A stretch of DNA of 64,000 nucleotides. Source: Gemmatimonadota bacterium (GTDB lineage Bacteria; Gemmatimonadota; Gemmatimonadetes; Gemmatimonadales; GWC2-71-9). The notes under the pieces are model-generated. The model saw nothing but the letters and a program-made list of their open reading frames with translations. It did no database searches and was not told where the DNA came from. Below, one piece after another: positions 35,250-43,326 of this stretch (its first letter is position 1; the number at the start of each line of letters is the position of its first letter). Where the stretch lies: contig JBDHDE010000004.1 of assembly GCA_039591655.1 (NCBI GenBank), positions 1,056-65,055 of the forward strand, in the 5' to 3' direction. The position numbers and the translations under genes were made by a program.

Positions 35250-36347
35250 CTACTGGATCTCCCGCGGCGGCGGTTCCACCACCTGTTCATCCTCGCGCAG
35301 GCCCGAGATGACCTCGAGGTTGATGGCGTCGCTCAATCCCGTCTCGATCACCCGCTCCTCGGTGCTCCCGTCGGGAAGGAGCACCGTGACGGTAGCCGTG
35401 TCCTCGGCGAACGTGACCAGGCGCTCGGGGACGATAAGCACGCTGTCCCGCTGGTCGATGATCACGTCGGCGTTGGCCGAGTATCCGGCCCGCAGGATCG
35501 TCCCGTGAGTCTCGGTGAGCGTGATCTCGACGGGGAAGACCGTCGAGTTGTCCTCGGTGCGGGCCTTGAGTGAGATGCGGGTGAGCATCCCGTCCACCTC
35601 GGCGTCCGGCAGGGCACCAATCTTGATCGTGACCGGCATGCCTTCGTTGAGCCGCCCCACGTCGATCTCGTCCACCGTGCCGCGGAACACCAGCTTGTTC
35701 ATCTCGGCCATCGTCATCAGCACCGTGCCCTCCTGGTAGGTGCTGAGTGGCACCACCGGGTCGCCGACCTCCACCGTTTTCTCGAGGATGAAGCCGTCGA
35801 TGGGGGACCGGACCACGGTCTCGATGTCCTCCTCGGCGATCGTGATCTTGCCCTCTTCCATCAGCGCCAGGCGCTCCAGGGCCATCTGGAGCTGGACCTC
35901 CTGCTCGGCATAGCGCTGCTCGGTCTCCTGCAACTCCCGCTCTGAGATGAGCCCCTGCCGGCTCAAGGCCCGCTGCCGCGCCACATCGCGCTGCAGGTTA
36001 TCCAGCTCGATCTGCCGAAGCTCCAGCAGCCGCCGGGCATTGGCCAGCTCGAGCGGCGTGGGATTCGGCTTGACCTCCAGCAGCGGGTCCCCGGCCCGAA
36101 CGAAGTCCCCCTCGTCGGCCAGCAGCCGTCGCACGACTCCCGAGGTCTGGGACTTGATGGAGATCTCGATCTCCGGCTCGATGCGGCCCACCGCCAGCGC
36201 TTTGTCCACAATGGTGCCGCGCTCCACGGCCACGGTCTGGACGCCATTGTCCCGCCCGCTGCCGCGGGAGACGCTCACGACCACGACCAGGCCAGCGATC
36301 ACGACCAGCCCACCGACGCCGATTACGAACTTGGTGCGACGCTTCAT
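35250..36347 (-). CDS. Periplasmic adaptor (MacA/HlyD-family membrane fusion protein)
   Basis: 365 aa from MKRRTKFVIGVGGLVVIAG (ATG 36347). Lipoyl-like, coiled-coil hairpin and beta-barrel order typical of MFPs. Confidence 0.85.
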   Translation of the reverse strand: MKRRTKFVIGVGGLVVIAGLVVVVSVSRGSGRDNGVQTVAVERGTIVDKALAVGRIEPEIEISIKSQTSGVVRRLLADEGDFVRAGDPLLEVKPNPTPLELANARRLLELRQIELDNLQRDVARQRALSRQGLISERELQETEQRYAEQEVQLQMALERLALMEEGKITIAEEDIETVVRSPIDGFILEKTVEVGDPVVPLSTYQEGTVLMTMAEMNKLVFRGTVDEIDVGRLNEGMPVTIKIGALPDAEVDGMLTRISLKARTEDNSTVFPVEITLTETHGTILRAGYSANADVIIDQRDSVLIVPERLVTFAEDTATVTVLLPDGSTEERVIETGLSDAINLEVISGLREDEQVVEPPPREIQ

Positions 36348-36424
36348 GCTGTGTGTCCTTGCGGTAGATCCTCGTTGAAGCGGGCCCGACCCGACGTCGA
36401 GGTCCGCGTTGCACGGTGAGACAA

Positions 36425-36895
36425 TCAGCGGGCCACGAGCCGGATACGGCCCTCGCCCGTCTCGATCTCCAGATACCCGTCGACCTGGGCGGCAATCACG
36501 GCCAGCAGCGATCCGGCCACGGCGATGTCGGTCACTACCGTCTCCCCGTCCAGATCCATCTCGCCGTCCCACTCCTGGCTCAGGATCTCGAGCACGCCGT
36601 CCAGTGACGCCGCTACTGAGGCGCTGGCCGAAGCGCTGAGGTGGACACCTTCGGCCTCCAGCTCCCGGCTCATCGCTTCGAGCAGGGGCAGCGCCAGTCG
36701 TACCTCGGCGCCGCTGCCCGCGGTCTCCCGCGCTACTGCCGCTCTGGTGCGAGGGGTGGTTGGTGCCGGGACCACTGCAACCGGGACCGGGTCAGCGACC
36801 GCCACCGATGCACCCTCCTTGCTGCGGTCCATCACGGTGTCGGCGACGTATCCGCAGACCAGGGCGGCCGGAATCAGGATGACGAGCGGGCGCAT
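36425..36895 (-). CDS. Hypothetical secreted/lipoprotein-like protein
   Basis: 156 aa from MRPLVILIPAALVCG. Ala/Val/Pro-rich linker, then an acidic domain. Same strand, 77 nt upstream of the MFP gene. No family recognised. Confidence 0.45.
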   Translation of the reverse strand: MRPLVILIPAALVCGYVADTVMDRSKEGASVAVADPVPVAVVPAPTTPRTRAAVARETAGSGAEVRLALPLLEAMSRELEAEGVHLSASASASVAASLDGVLEILSQEWDGEMDLDGETVVTDIAVAGSLLAVIAAQVDGYLEIETGEGRIRLVAR

Positions 36896-37015
36896 AGCGA
36901 CCTCCAGGGTGATCGACGACGCGGCCGGTTGTGGGAACCTGACCGCCACACTCCCCTACGGAGGTGGCTTGAGCAGGTTTCGGGATGGGGCTCGGCAGGG
37001 GGCTATATTGCTGCC

Positions 37016-37471
37016 ATGACATCGGTGCGCGATGTGGAGATCGCCGCCGCCCGGCCGGCCGAGCTTGCCGCGGTGCAAAACCTGCTGCGGCGGGCGGAGC
37101 TGCCCACCGAGGGGCTCGATCCCCACGTGGATACGCTCCTGGTGGCGCGGGATGGGGAGTGGGTGGTCGGCTCCGCCGCCCTCGAGGTCTATGGCGCCAG
37201 CGCCCTGCTGCGTTCGGTGGCGGTGGATTCCGCTTGGCGGGGGCGTGGCCTGGGGGTGGCCCTCGCGGAGGCCGCCCTTGCTCTGGCCCGGGATCGCGGG
37301 GTGGCCCGCATCTATCTCCTCACCGAAACCGCCGGAGGTTTCTTCCCGCGGTTCGGGTTTCGAGCCATTCCCCGGACGGAGGTAGGGCCGGAGGTCCAGC
37401 GGTCGGAGGAGTTCACCTCCCTCTGCCCGGAGAGCTGTCTGGCGATGGTGCTGGAGTTGGGGACCGGGTGA
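37016..37471 (+). CDS. GNAT-family N-acetyltransferase (ArsN2-like)
   Basis: 151 aa. Acetyl-CoA motif 'WRGRGLGVALAEAA'. C-terminal 'FGFRAI...CPESCLAMVLEL' recalls ArsN2-type amino-acid N-acetyltransferases. Confidence 0.75.
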   Translation: MTSVRDVEIAAARPAELAAVQNLLRRAELPTEGLDPHVDTLLVARDGEWVVGSAALEVYGASALLRSVAVDSAWRGRGLGVALAEAALALARDRGVARIYLLTETAGGFFPRFGFRAIPRTEVGPEVQRSEEFTSLCPESCLAMVLELGTG

Positions 37472-37535
37472 TGGGAGAGCGGTGAGACGGGAGTGCCCGG
37501 GGGCGTAGCTGTCAGGGAATCGGCTCGAACAACAA

Positions 37536-37562
37536 GGGCCCCGGCGTTGCTCGCCGGGGCCC
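37536..37562 (-). terminator. Intrinsic terminator for the ferredoxin gene (also closes the convergent GNAT gene)
   Basis: Perfect 11-bp stem GGGCCCCGGCG-TTGCT-CGCCGGGGCCC. On the minus strand it is followed by TTGTTGTT. Confidence 0.55.
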
Positions 37563-37589
37563 TCGCGTCAGATCGATTCGAGGCGACCC

Positions 37590-37862
37590 TCAGCCGCCCT
37601 TCCCCTTGGCCACTTGCCGCTCCGCGCCGCCCTCGAAGTACTTGTAGTTCTTCTCGATGAAGCTCTTCCACTCCTCGGGGACATCCTCCTCGGGGTAGAT
37701 GGCATTCACCGGGCACTCCGGCTCGCACGCCCCGCAGTCGATGCACTCTTCGGGGTGGATATACAGCATATCCTCGCCCTCATAGATGCAGTCCACCGGA
37801 CACACATCCACACACCCCCTGTCCATCGTCCCGACGCAAGGATCACAAATGATGTACGTCAT
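37590..37862 (-). CDS. fdxA: 7Fe ferredoxin ([3Fe-4S][4Fe-4S], FdxA type)
   Basis: 90 aa from [11 protein letters not shown]. '[13 protein letters not shown]...[24 protein letters not shown]' is near-identical in pattern to actinobacterial/Azotobacter 7Fe ferredoxins. Confidence 0.9.
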   Translation of the reverse strand: MTYIICDPCVGTMDRGCVDVCPVDCIYEGEDMLYIHPEECIDCGACEPECPVNAIYPEEDVPEEWKSFIEKNYKYFEGGAERQVAKGKGG

Positions 37863-37907
37863 GCTTGCTCCTCTCCGGAAGCGCTCCCGATGCCGGTAGC
37901 CGCCTGG

Positions 37908-37937
37908 AATTCTGTTCAGGCCAGTTAACCATGTCAA
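37908..37937 (-). promoter_or_regulatory. Sigma70-like promoter for fdxA
   Basis: Minus strand reads TTGACA (plus-strand TGTCAA 37932-37937), about 18 nt, then CAGAAT (plus-strand ATTCTG 37908-37913), about 45 nt upstream of the ATG. Confidence 0.3.
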
Positions 37938-37977
37938 GTGAGTTGCCGCGCGTCCGGGCCCTGGTCATCTTGCGCCA

Positions 37978-38904
37978 ATGCGGATTGCTTCCCTCTTGGC
38001 GAGCGCCACGGAAATCGTGTGCGGATTGGGCCTGGGCGACCGGTTGGTTGCGATCTCCCATGAGTGCGACTACCCGTCCGAGGCCCTCGACAGACCCCGC
38101 GTGAGCCGCCCCCGGTTCGATCCCTACGGGCTCGACAGCGGGGCGATCGACGCCGCGCTACGTGAGTCGATGGTGCAGCACGGGAGCGCCTACGAGCTGG
38201 ACGCGGAACGGCTCCAGGAGCTTGCCCCCGACCTGATTCTCACCCAGGCGGTATGCGAGGTCTGCGCCGTGCCCACGTCGTTGGCGCAACGGGCTTCCGA
38301 GCTGCTGGACCACAGGCCCAAGGTCGTCTCCATCGACGCTCACACCATCGAGGACATCCTGGCCAGCATTGCGGCTGTGGCACAGGCAGCGGGCGTGCCG
38401 GAGCGGGCCACCGAGTTGCTGGCGCAGTTGTGCGACCGCATCGCGAGGGTGGAAGCTGCGGTGGCGGGCGCGCCGCGTCCCCGGGTCCTGGCCTTGGAGT
38501 GGCTCGATCCGCCGTTCGTGCCGGGACACTGGACGCCGGAAATGGTCGCGCTAGCGGGGGGAGTGAATCTACGGGGCGAAGCCGGGAAGCGATCGCGCCA
38601 GCAGGGGTGGGAGGTGCTGGGCGGTCTCGATCCGGACCTGCTCCTGATCATGCCCTGCGGCTACGACATGGCAGCCGCCCGGGTGGATGCCGATAGGCAC
38701 GGCGGCCTCCTGGTCGGCGTCGCGGGCCGCGCCGTGGATGAAGGGCGCGCCTTCTTGCTGGACGGCTCGGCCTACTTCAATCGCTCCGGGCCCCGCATGG
38801 TGGATGGCATCGAGATACTCGCGGCCCTGTTCCACCCCGACCGCTTCCCCGGAGGGGATCTCACGGGAAGGGCAGAGGTGTGGCATCCGAGCACGGGTCG
38901 ATAA
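37978..38904 (+). CDS. BtuF-like (class III periplasmic-binding-protein fold) cobalamin/siderophore-binding homologue without signal peptide
   Basis: 308 aa beginning directly 'MRIASLLASATEIVCGLGLGDRLVAISHECDYP', the motif that normally follows the signal peptide in BtuF/FhuD-like proteins. No adjacent permease or ATPase. Confidence 0.75.
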   Translation: MRIASLLASATEIVCGLGLGDRLVAISHECDYPSEALDRPRVSRPRFDPYGLDSGAIDAALRESMVQHGSAYELDAERLQELAPDLILTQAVCEVCAVPTSLAQRASELLDHRPKVVSIDAHTIEDILASIAAVAQAAGVPERATELLAQLCDRIARVEAAVAGAPRPRVLALEWLDPPFVPGHWTPEMVALAGGVNLRGEAGKRSRQQGWEVLGGLDPDLLLIMPCGYDMAAARVDADRHGGLLVGVAGRAVDEGRAFLLDGSAYFNRSGPRMVDGIEILAALFHPDRFPGGDLTGRAEVWHPSTGR

Positions 38905-38942
38905 CATCGAGTTGACAGCTCATTGAATGGAGGGAATCGGCA

Positions 38943-39368
38943 GTGCGGTACAGCCCCTTGATGGTCAAGCCGATGCGGGAGGATCTGACGCGCATCGGCT
39001 TCATGGAGCTCATGACGCCGGAGGAGGTGGACACCGCCCTTGGAGCGCCACAGGGCAGCGTGCTGGTGGTGGTGAACTCCGTGTGCGGATGCGCAGCGGG
39101 CAAGGCCCGGCCCGGAGTGGCCCTCGCTCTGCAGCACGACACGGTCCCGCAACGCCTGGTCACGGTGTTTGCCGGGATGGAGATCGACGCGACTGAGCGG
39201 GCGCGGCAGTACTTCGAGGGCTACCCAGCGTCGTCGCCTCAGATCGGGCTCCTGAAGGACGGGGGGTTGGTGCACATGCTCGAGCGGAAGGACATCGAGG
39301 GGAGGGAGGCGGCGGACATTGCGATTGAGCTCAAGGCGGCGTTCGATCAGCACTGCCGCACGGCGTAG
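38943..39368 (+). CDS. Bacilliredoxin (BrxA/BrxB, DUF1094 family)
   Basis: 141 aa. 'VLVVVNSVCGCAAG' CGC redox motif and 'SSPQIGLLKDGGLVHMLER' are typical of YphP/YqiW bacilliredoxins. Confidence 0.85.
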   Translation: MRYSPLMVKPMREDLTRIGFMELMTPEEVDTALGAPQGSVLVVVNSVCGCAAGKARPGVALALQHDTVPQRLVTVFAGMEIDATERARQYFEGYPASSPQIGLLKDGGLVHMLERKDIEGREAADIAIELKAAFDQHCRTA

Positions 39369-39383
39369 CTCCTGCCGGGCGGG

Positions 39384-40103
39384 GTGCCGGTGATCCTGCT
39401 CGATCCTCACGCCAGGCCCGTCATTGGGCACCGGGGGTCCTCTGGGGAGCACCCCGAGAACACACTGCTGGCCTTTGACGGGGCGCTGGAACAGGGAGCC
39501 GACGCCCTGGAGCTCGACGTCCGGGTGAGCGCCGAGGGCGTGCCCGTGGTGATTCACGATTCCACGGTGGACCGCACCACCGACGGGTCGGGTGAGGTGC
39601 GGGCCCACACCGTGGCTGAGCTGCAGGCGCTGGATGCAGGGCGCGGGGAGTCGATTCCCACACTGGAAGCCGTGTTGGAACGCTACCCCGAGACCCCCCT
39701 CATCGTTGAGATCAAGGAAGTGCCGGCGGCGGACCCGGCAGCCCGGGTCCTCATGCGCCGCGGGGCCGCCGGCAGGGTGCTGGTGGGCTCGTTCATCCAA
39801 CGGGCGCTGCGGCCGTATCGCCCCCCTGCCTTCGCCCGCTCGGCATCTCGCCCGCAAACGGCGGCCTTCTGGCTGGCCTCCCGAATCGGCGTGGCGCCGC
39901 CGGGGGCCTTCGCCGCCTTCGCGGTACCGGAGCGGCACCGGGGAATCACCGTGGTAGACGACGCCTTCGTGCGAGGGGCCGGGCGCCGCGGCAAGCCGGT
40001 GCACGTGTGGACGGTGGATGACCCCGGTGACGCGCGTCACCTGCGGGCCCTCGGAGTGGCTGGTATCATTACGAACTTCCCTCGACGGATGCGGGATCTG
40101 TGA
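39384..40103 (+). CDS. Glycerophosphodiester phosphodiesterase
   Basis: 239 aa. 'VIGHRGSSGEHPENTLLAF', 'LELDVRVSAEGVPVVIHD', 'VHVWTVD'. Confidence 0.9.
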   Translation: MPVILLDPHARPVIGHRGSSGEHPENTLLAFDGALEQGADALELDVRVSAEGVPVVIHDSTVDRTTDGSGEVRAHTVAELQALDAGRGESIPTLEAVLERYPETPLIVEIKEVPAADPAARVLMRRGAAGRVLVGSFIQRALRPYRPPAFARSASRPQTAAFWLASRIGVAPPGAFAAFAVPERHRGITVVDDAFVRGAGRRGKPVHVWTVDDPGDARHLRALGVAGIITNFPRRMRDL

Positions 40104-40126
40104 TCCGCCCCGCAGCGCTGGGCGGA
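40104..40126 (+). terminator. Weak hairpin after the GDPD gene
   Basis: TCCGCCC-9 nt-GGGCGGA (7 bp) directly after the stop codon. No U-tract. Confidence 0.3.
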
Positions 40127-40183
40127 GGTGGTCGGCAAACTGGAGTACAAGACTCAACGTCCATTGCGGAGTGAGTTGCTGAG

Positions 40184-41059
40184 GTGGAGGGGCTCCTAGC
40201 CACTACTGATCCTACGCTGCTGGGCGCTGCCGGGGGTGCACTGCTGCTGGTGGTGCTGCTCCTATTCCTGCGTCGCCGTCGCAAGCGGGTGGTCACCGCG
40301 GAGACCGAGGCCGAGCCCGGGGAAGGGCCCGCTGTCGAGGAACCCGACGGGAGGCACGATGAGCCGGCACCAGAGCTCATCGAGGCCTGGGTGCAGTTCC
40401 TGCGCGATCATGTCACCCGTGCGGTGAACGGCCTCAACAACCGACTGAGCGCCATCGGGGGAGAAGCGCGGCAAGCCGGCGGGTCCAATCTCACCAAGGA
40501 GCAGCAGGAGAGTCTCGGGAAGATCGAGCAGGAGATTCGCTGGGCCACGAACATCACCGGCTCCCTGCTCAACCGGGTGACCAGCGACGCTCCGGAGATC
40601 GCGCCGCCGGCCTGGAACCTCCTCAGCGACGCGCCGAAGCGCCAGGGGAGCATTCTCATCGTGGAGGACGACGACAGCAACAGGACCGTAATGACACGGC
40701 TGTTCCGCAAGCTCGGACACACCGTGATCCCCGTGACCAACGGCTACGAGGCGTACGAAGCCCTCCAGCAGCACAAGCCCGACTGCATCATCTCGGATCT
40801 TCGCATGCCCACCCTCGGTGGCAAGACCCTGTACGAGCAGGTGGAGAACAAGTTGCCGAGCCTCGCCAGCCGGTTCGTGTTTGTGACCGGCGACTACACC
40901 CGGCCTGAGTCGTACGAGTTCCTACTGAAGGCCGGACGGCCCGTGGTGGGGAAGCCCTATGAGCTCGACCAGCTCCTCGCCGCCGTAGCCACGGTCCTGG
41001 CTCAGGCGGGGGTGATCACGGACCGCTCGGGGGACGGCAAGGCGGCGGGATCGGGGTAG
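40184..41059 (+). CDS. Membrane-anchored response-regulator receiver protein with DHp-like helical segment
   Basis: 291 aa. N-terminal TM 'LLGAAGGALLLVVLLLFL' plus RRRRKR. Helical segment 'FLRDHVTRAVNGLNNRLSAIGGEA'. C-terminal REC 'ILIVEDDDSN...IISDLRMP...VTGD...GKPY'. No HATPase domain. Confidence 0.8.
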   Translation: MEGLLATTDPTLLGAAGGALLLVVLLLFLRRRRKRVVTAETEAEPGEGPAVEEPDGRHDEPAPELIEAWVQFLRDHVTRAVNGLNNRLSAIGGEARQAGGSNLTKEQQESLGKIEQEIRWATNITGSLLNRVTSDAPEIAPPAWNLLSDAPKRQGSILIVEDDDSNRTVMTRLFRKLGHTVIPVTNGYEAYEALQQHKPDCIISDLRMPTLGGKTLYEQVENKLPSLASRFVFVTGDYTRPESYEFLLKAGRPVVGKPYELDQLLAAVATVLAQAGVITDRSGDGKAAGSG

Positions 41060-41144
41060 CCGCTCCGCCCCTTCCCTCGAGCGCTGGACAACCTACCTGC
41101 CCTGCGTAGTACCTTCCCCAAGACTCCAACCACCGGCCGCACAC

Positions 41145-43325
41145 ATGAAAAGCGTACGTCTTCTGCTCTGCGGAGCCAGCTTGTTGCTCGCGGCTCCGGC
41201 CCTTGCCCAGGCGCCGGCGCTCACGGTCCAGAACATCTGGGGAGGGAGCTTCTCCAGCGACCTCGTCACCGTTAGCTGGATGGCCGACGGGGAGCACTTC
41301 ACCCGGATCGAGCGGGGGGACGACGGCGTCACCGACCTCGTCCGGGTGGAGGCCCGCTCCGGGATCGAACAGGTACTGGTGAGCGGCGCCGGGCTCGTGC
41401 CGCCGGGCGCCGAGGAGTCCATTCGGATCGAGCGGTACGCCTTCTCGGCGGACGGCTGGAAGCTGCTGATCTTCACCAACTCCCAGCGGGTCTGGCGCCG
41501 GCGTACCAAGGGCGAGTACTACGTGCTGGATCTGCAGGACGGCACCCTGGTGTCCGTGAGCGACGAGCCGGGCTTCCAGATGTTCGCCAAGTTCTCGCCC
41601 GACGGCCGGCACGTGGGCTTCGTGCGCGAGCACAACCTGTTCGTGGCCGACCTTGAGACCCTCGAGGAGCGCCAGATCACGTTCGACGGTGACGAGAACG
41701 TCATCAACGGGACCTCGGACTGGGTGTACGAAGAGGAACTGGGGCTCAGAGACGCCTTCCGGTGGAGCCCGGATGGGAAGCGGATTGCCTTTTGGCGTCT
41801 CGATCAGACGGTGATCAAGCCGTTCTACATGATCGACGAGACGCAGCTCTACCCGGAGCTGCTCCCGGTGCGCTACCCCAAGGCCGGTGAGCAGAACTCC
41901 GAGGTGCGGATCGGCGTGGTGGACCTCGAGAGCGGGGAGACCACCTGGGTGGACCTCGGGGCGGAGAAGGACATCTACATCGCCGATATGGACTTCGCGG
42001 AGTCGTCGGACGAGATCTGGCTCACGCGCCTCAACCGGCATCAAAACCGGCTCGACCTCATGCTAGCCAGTGTAGAGACCGGCAGCTCAACCGTGATCAT
42101 GACTGACGAGGACGAAGCCTGGGTGGACGCCGGGGAGCCGATGTGGCTCGACGATGGGCGGCGGTTTCTCTACCTCAGCGAGTTGGACGGTTACCGCCAC
42201 CTTTACCTGTTCGATCGCGATGGGTCGCTCGTCCGTCGGGTGACCAACGGCGAGTGGGACGTGCTGAGCGTGCGCGGCGTGGACGAGGAGCGGGGTGTCG
42301 TCTACTTCAGCGCGTCGATCGACGGACCCTTGGTGCGGCCCCTGTACCGGATCGGGCTCGACGGCCGGGGTCTGCAGCGTATCACGCCGGAGGGCGGCTC
42401 TCATGGAATCGACTTCAATCCCGTGAACACGATGTACGTGGACACGTACTCGCGTGCCGGGGCGCCGCCGATGCAGACGCTCCACGAAGCCGACGGCCGC
42501 ATCATCCGTGATCTGGCGGCCAACGCCGAGCTCGCCGAGAAACTCGGGAGCATCGGCATCGCTGAGCCGGAGTTCATGACCGTGCCGGGCGCTGATGGAG
42601 CCACCCTCAACGCTTACATCATCAAGCCGGCGGACTTCGACCCGGCCAAGTGCTACCCGCTCCTCATGTACGTGTACGGCGGTCCGGGCTCACAGACGGT
42701 GCGTGACGCGTGGGGCGGCAACAACTACCTCTGGTACCAGATGCTGGGGCAGGCGGGCTACCTGGTGGCCAGCGTTGACAACCGGGGGACGGGGTCCCGA
42801 GGCAGGGAATTTGAAAAGATGACGTACCTGAACCTGGGGCAGCTGGAATCCGATGACCAGATCGCCGCGGCCCGCCATTTCGCGTCGCTGCCCTACGTGG
42901 ACGGCGACCGTATCGGGATCTGGGGTTGGAGCTACGGCGGCTACATGTCGCTGATGTCGCTGTTCCGCGGGGAAGGCGTGTTCAAGGCGGCCATCTCGGT
43001 GGCACCGGTGACCGACTGGCGGTTGTACGATACGATCTACACCGAGCGCTTCATGCGCACGCCACAGGAGAACCCGGAGGGCTACGACAAGGGCGCGCCA
43101 CTCACCTACGCTGATCAACTCGAGGGCAATCTGCTCCTCGTGCACGGAACCGGGGACGACAATGTGCACGCGCAGAATACCACGAGGTTGATTCAGAAGC
43201 TCGAGCAGGCGGGCAAGCAGTTCGACATGCGGCTCTACCCGAACAAGACGCACGGCATCTCCGGTGAGAGCACGCGGGTGAACCTGTTCGAGTACTTCAC
43301 AGAGTGGCTGAAGGAGAACCTGTAG
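41145..43325 (+). CDS. S9B dipeptidyl-peptidase IV family serine peptidase
   Basis: 726 aa with signal peptide. DPPIV N-terminal propeller. Catalytic 'GIWGWSYGGYMS', 'VHGTGDDNVH' and the downstream 'NKTHGI'. Confidence 0.92.
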   Translation: MKSVRLLLCGASLLLAAPALAQAPALTVQNIWGGSFSSDLVTVSWMADGEHFTRIERGDDGVTDLVRVEARSGIEQVLVSGAGLVPPGAEESIRIERYAFSADGWKLLIFTNSQRVWRRRTKGEYYVLDLQDGTLVSVSDEPGFQMFAKFSPDGRHVGFVREHNLFVADLETLEERQITFDGDENVINGTSDWVYEEELGLRDAFRWSPDGKRIAFWRLDQTVIKPFYMIDETQLYPELLPVRYPKAGEQNSEVRIGVVDLESGETTWVDLGAEKDIYIADMDFAESSDEIWLTRLNRHQNRLDLMLASVETGSSTVIMTDEDEAWVDAGEPMWLDDGRRFLYLSELDGYRHLYLFDRDGSLVRRVTNGEWDVLSVRGVDEERGVVYFSASIDGPLVRPLYRIGLDGRGLQRITPEGGSHGIDFNPVNTMYVDTYSRAGAPPMQTLHEADGRIIRDLAANAELAEKLGSIGIAEPEFMTVPGADGATLNAYIIKPADFDPAKCYPLLMYVYGGPGSQTVRDAWGGNNYLWYQMLGQAGYLVASVDNRGTGSRGREFEKMTYLNLGQLESDDQIAAARHFASLPYVDGDRIGIWGWSYGGYMSLMSLFRGEGVFKAAISVAPVTDWRLYDTIYTERFMRTPQENPEGYDKGAPLTYADQLEGNLLLVHGTGDDNVHAQNTTRLIQKLEQAGKQFDMRLYPNKTHGISGESTRVNLFEYFTEWLKENL

Positions 43326-43326
43326 C

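Noticed and set aside
37863-37977. Cobalamin riboswitch upstream of the BtuF-like gene
   Set aside because: The region is only 115 nt, while B12 riboswitches are typically about 200 nt. I could not find a B12-box-like core. The region is better explained by the divergent fdxA promoter.
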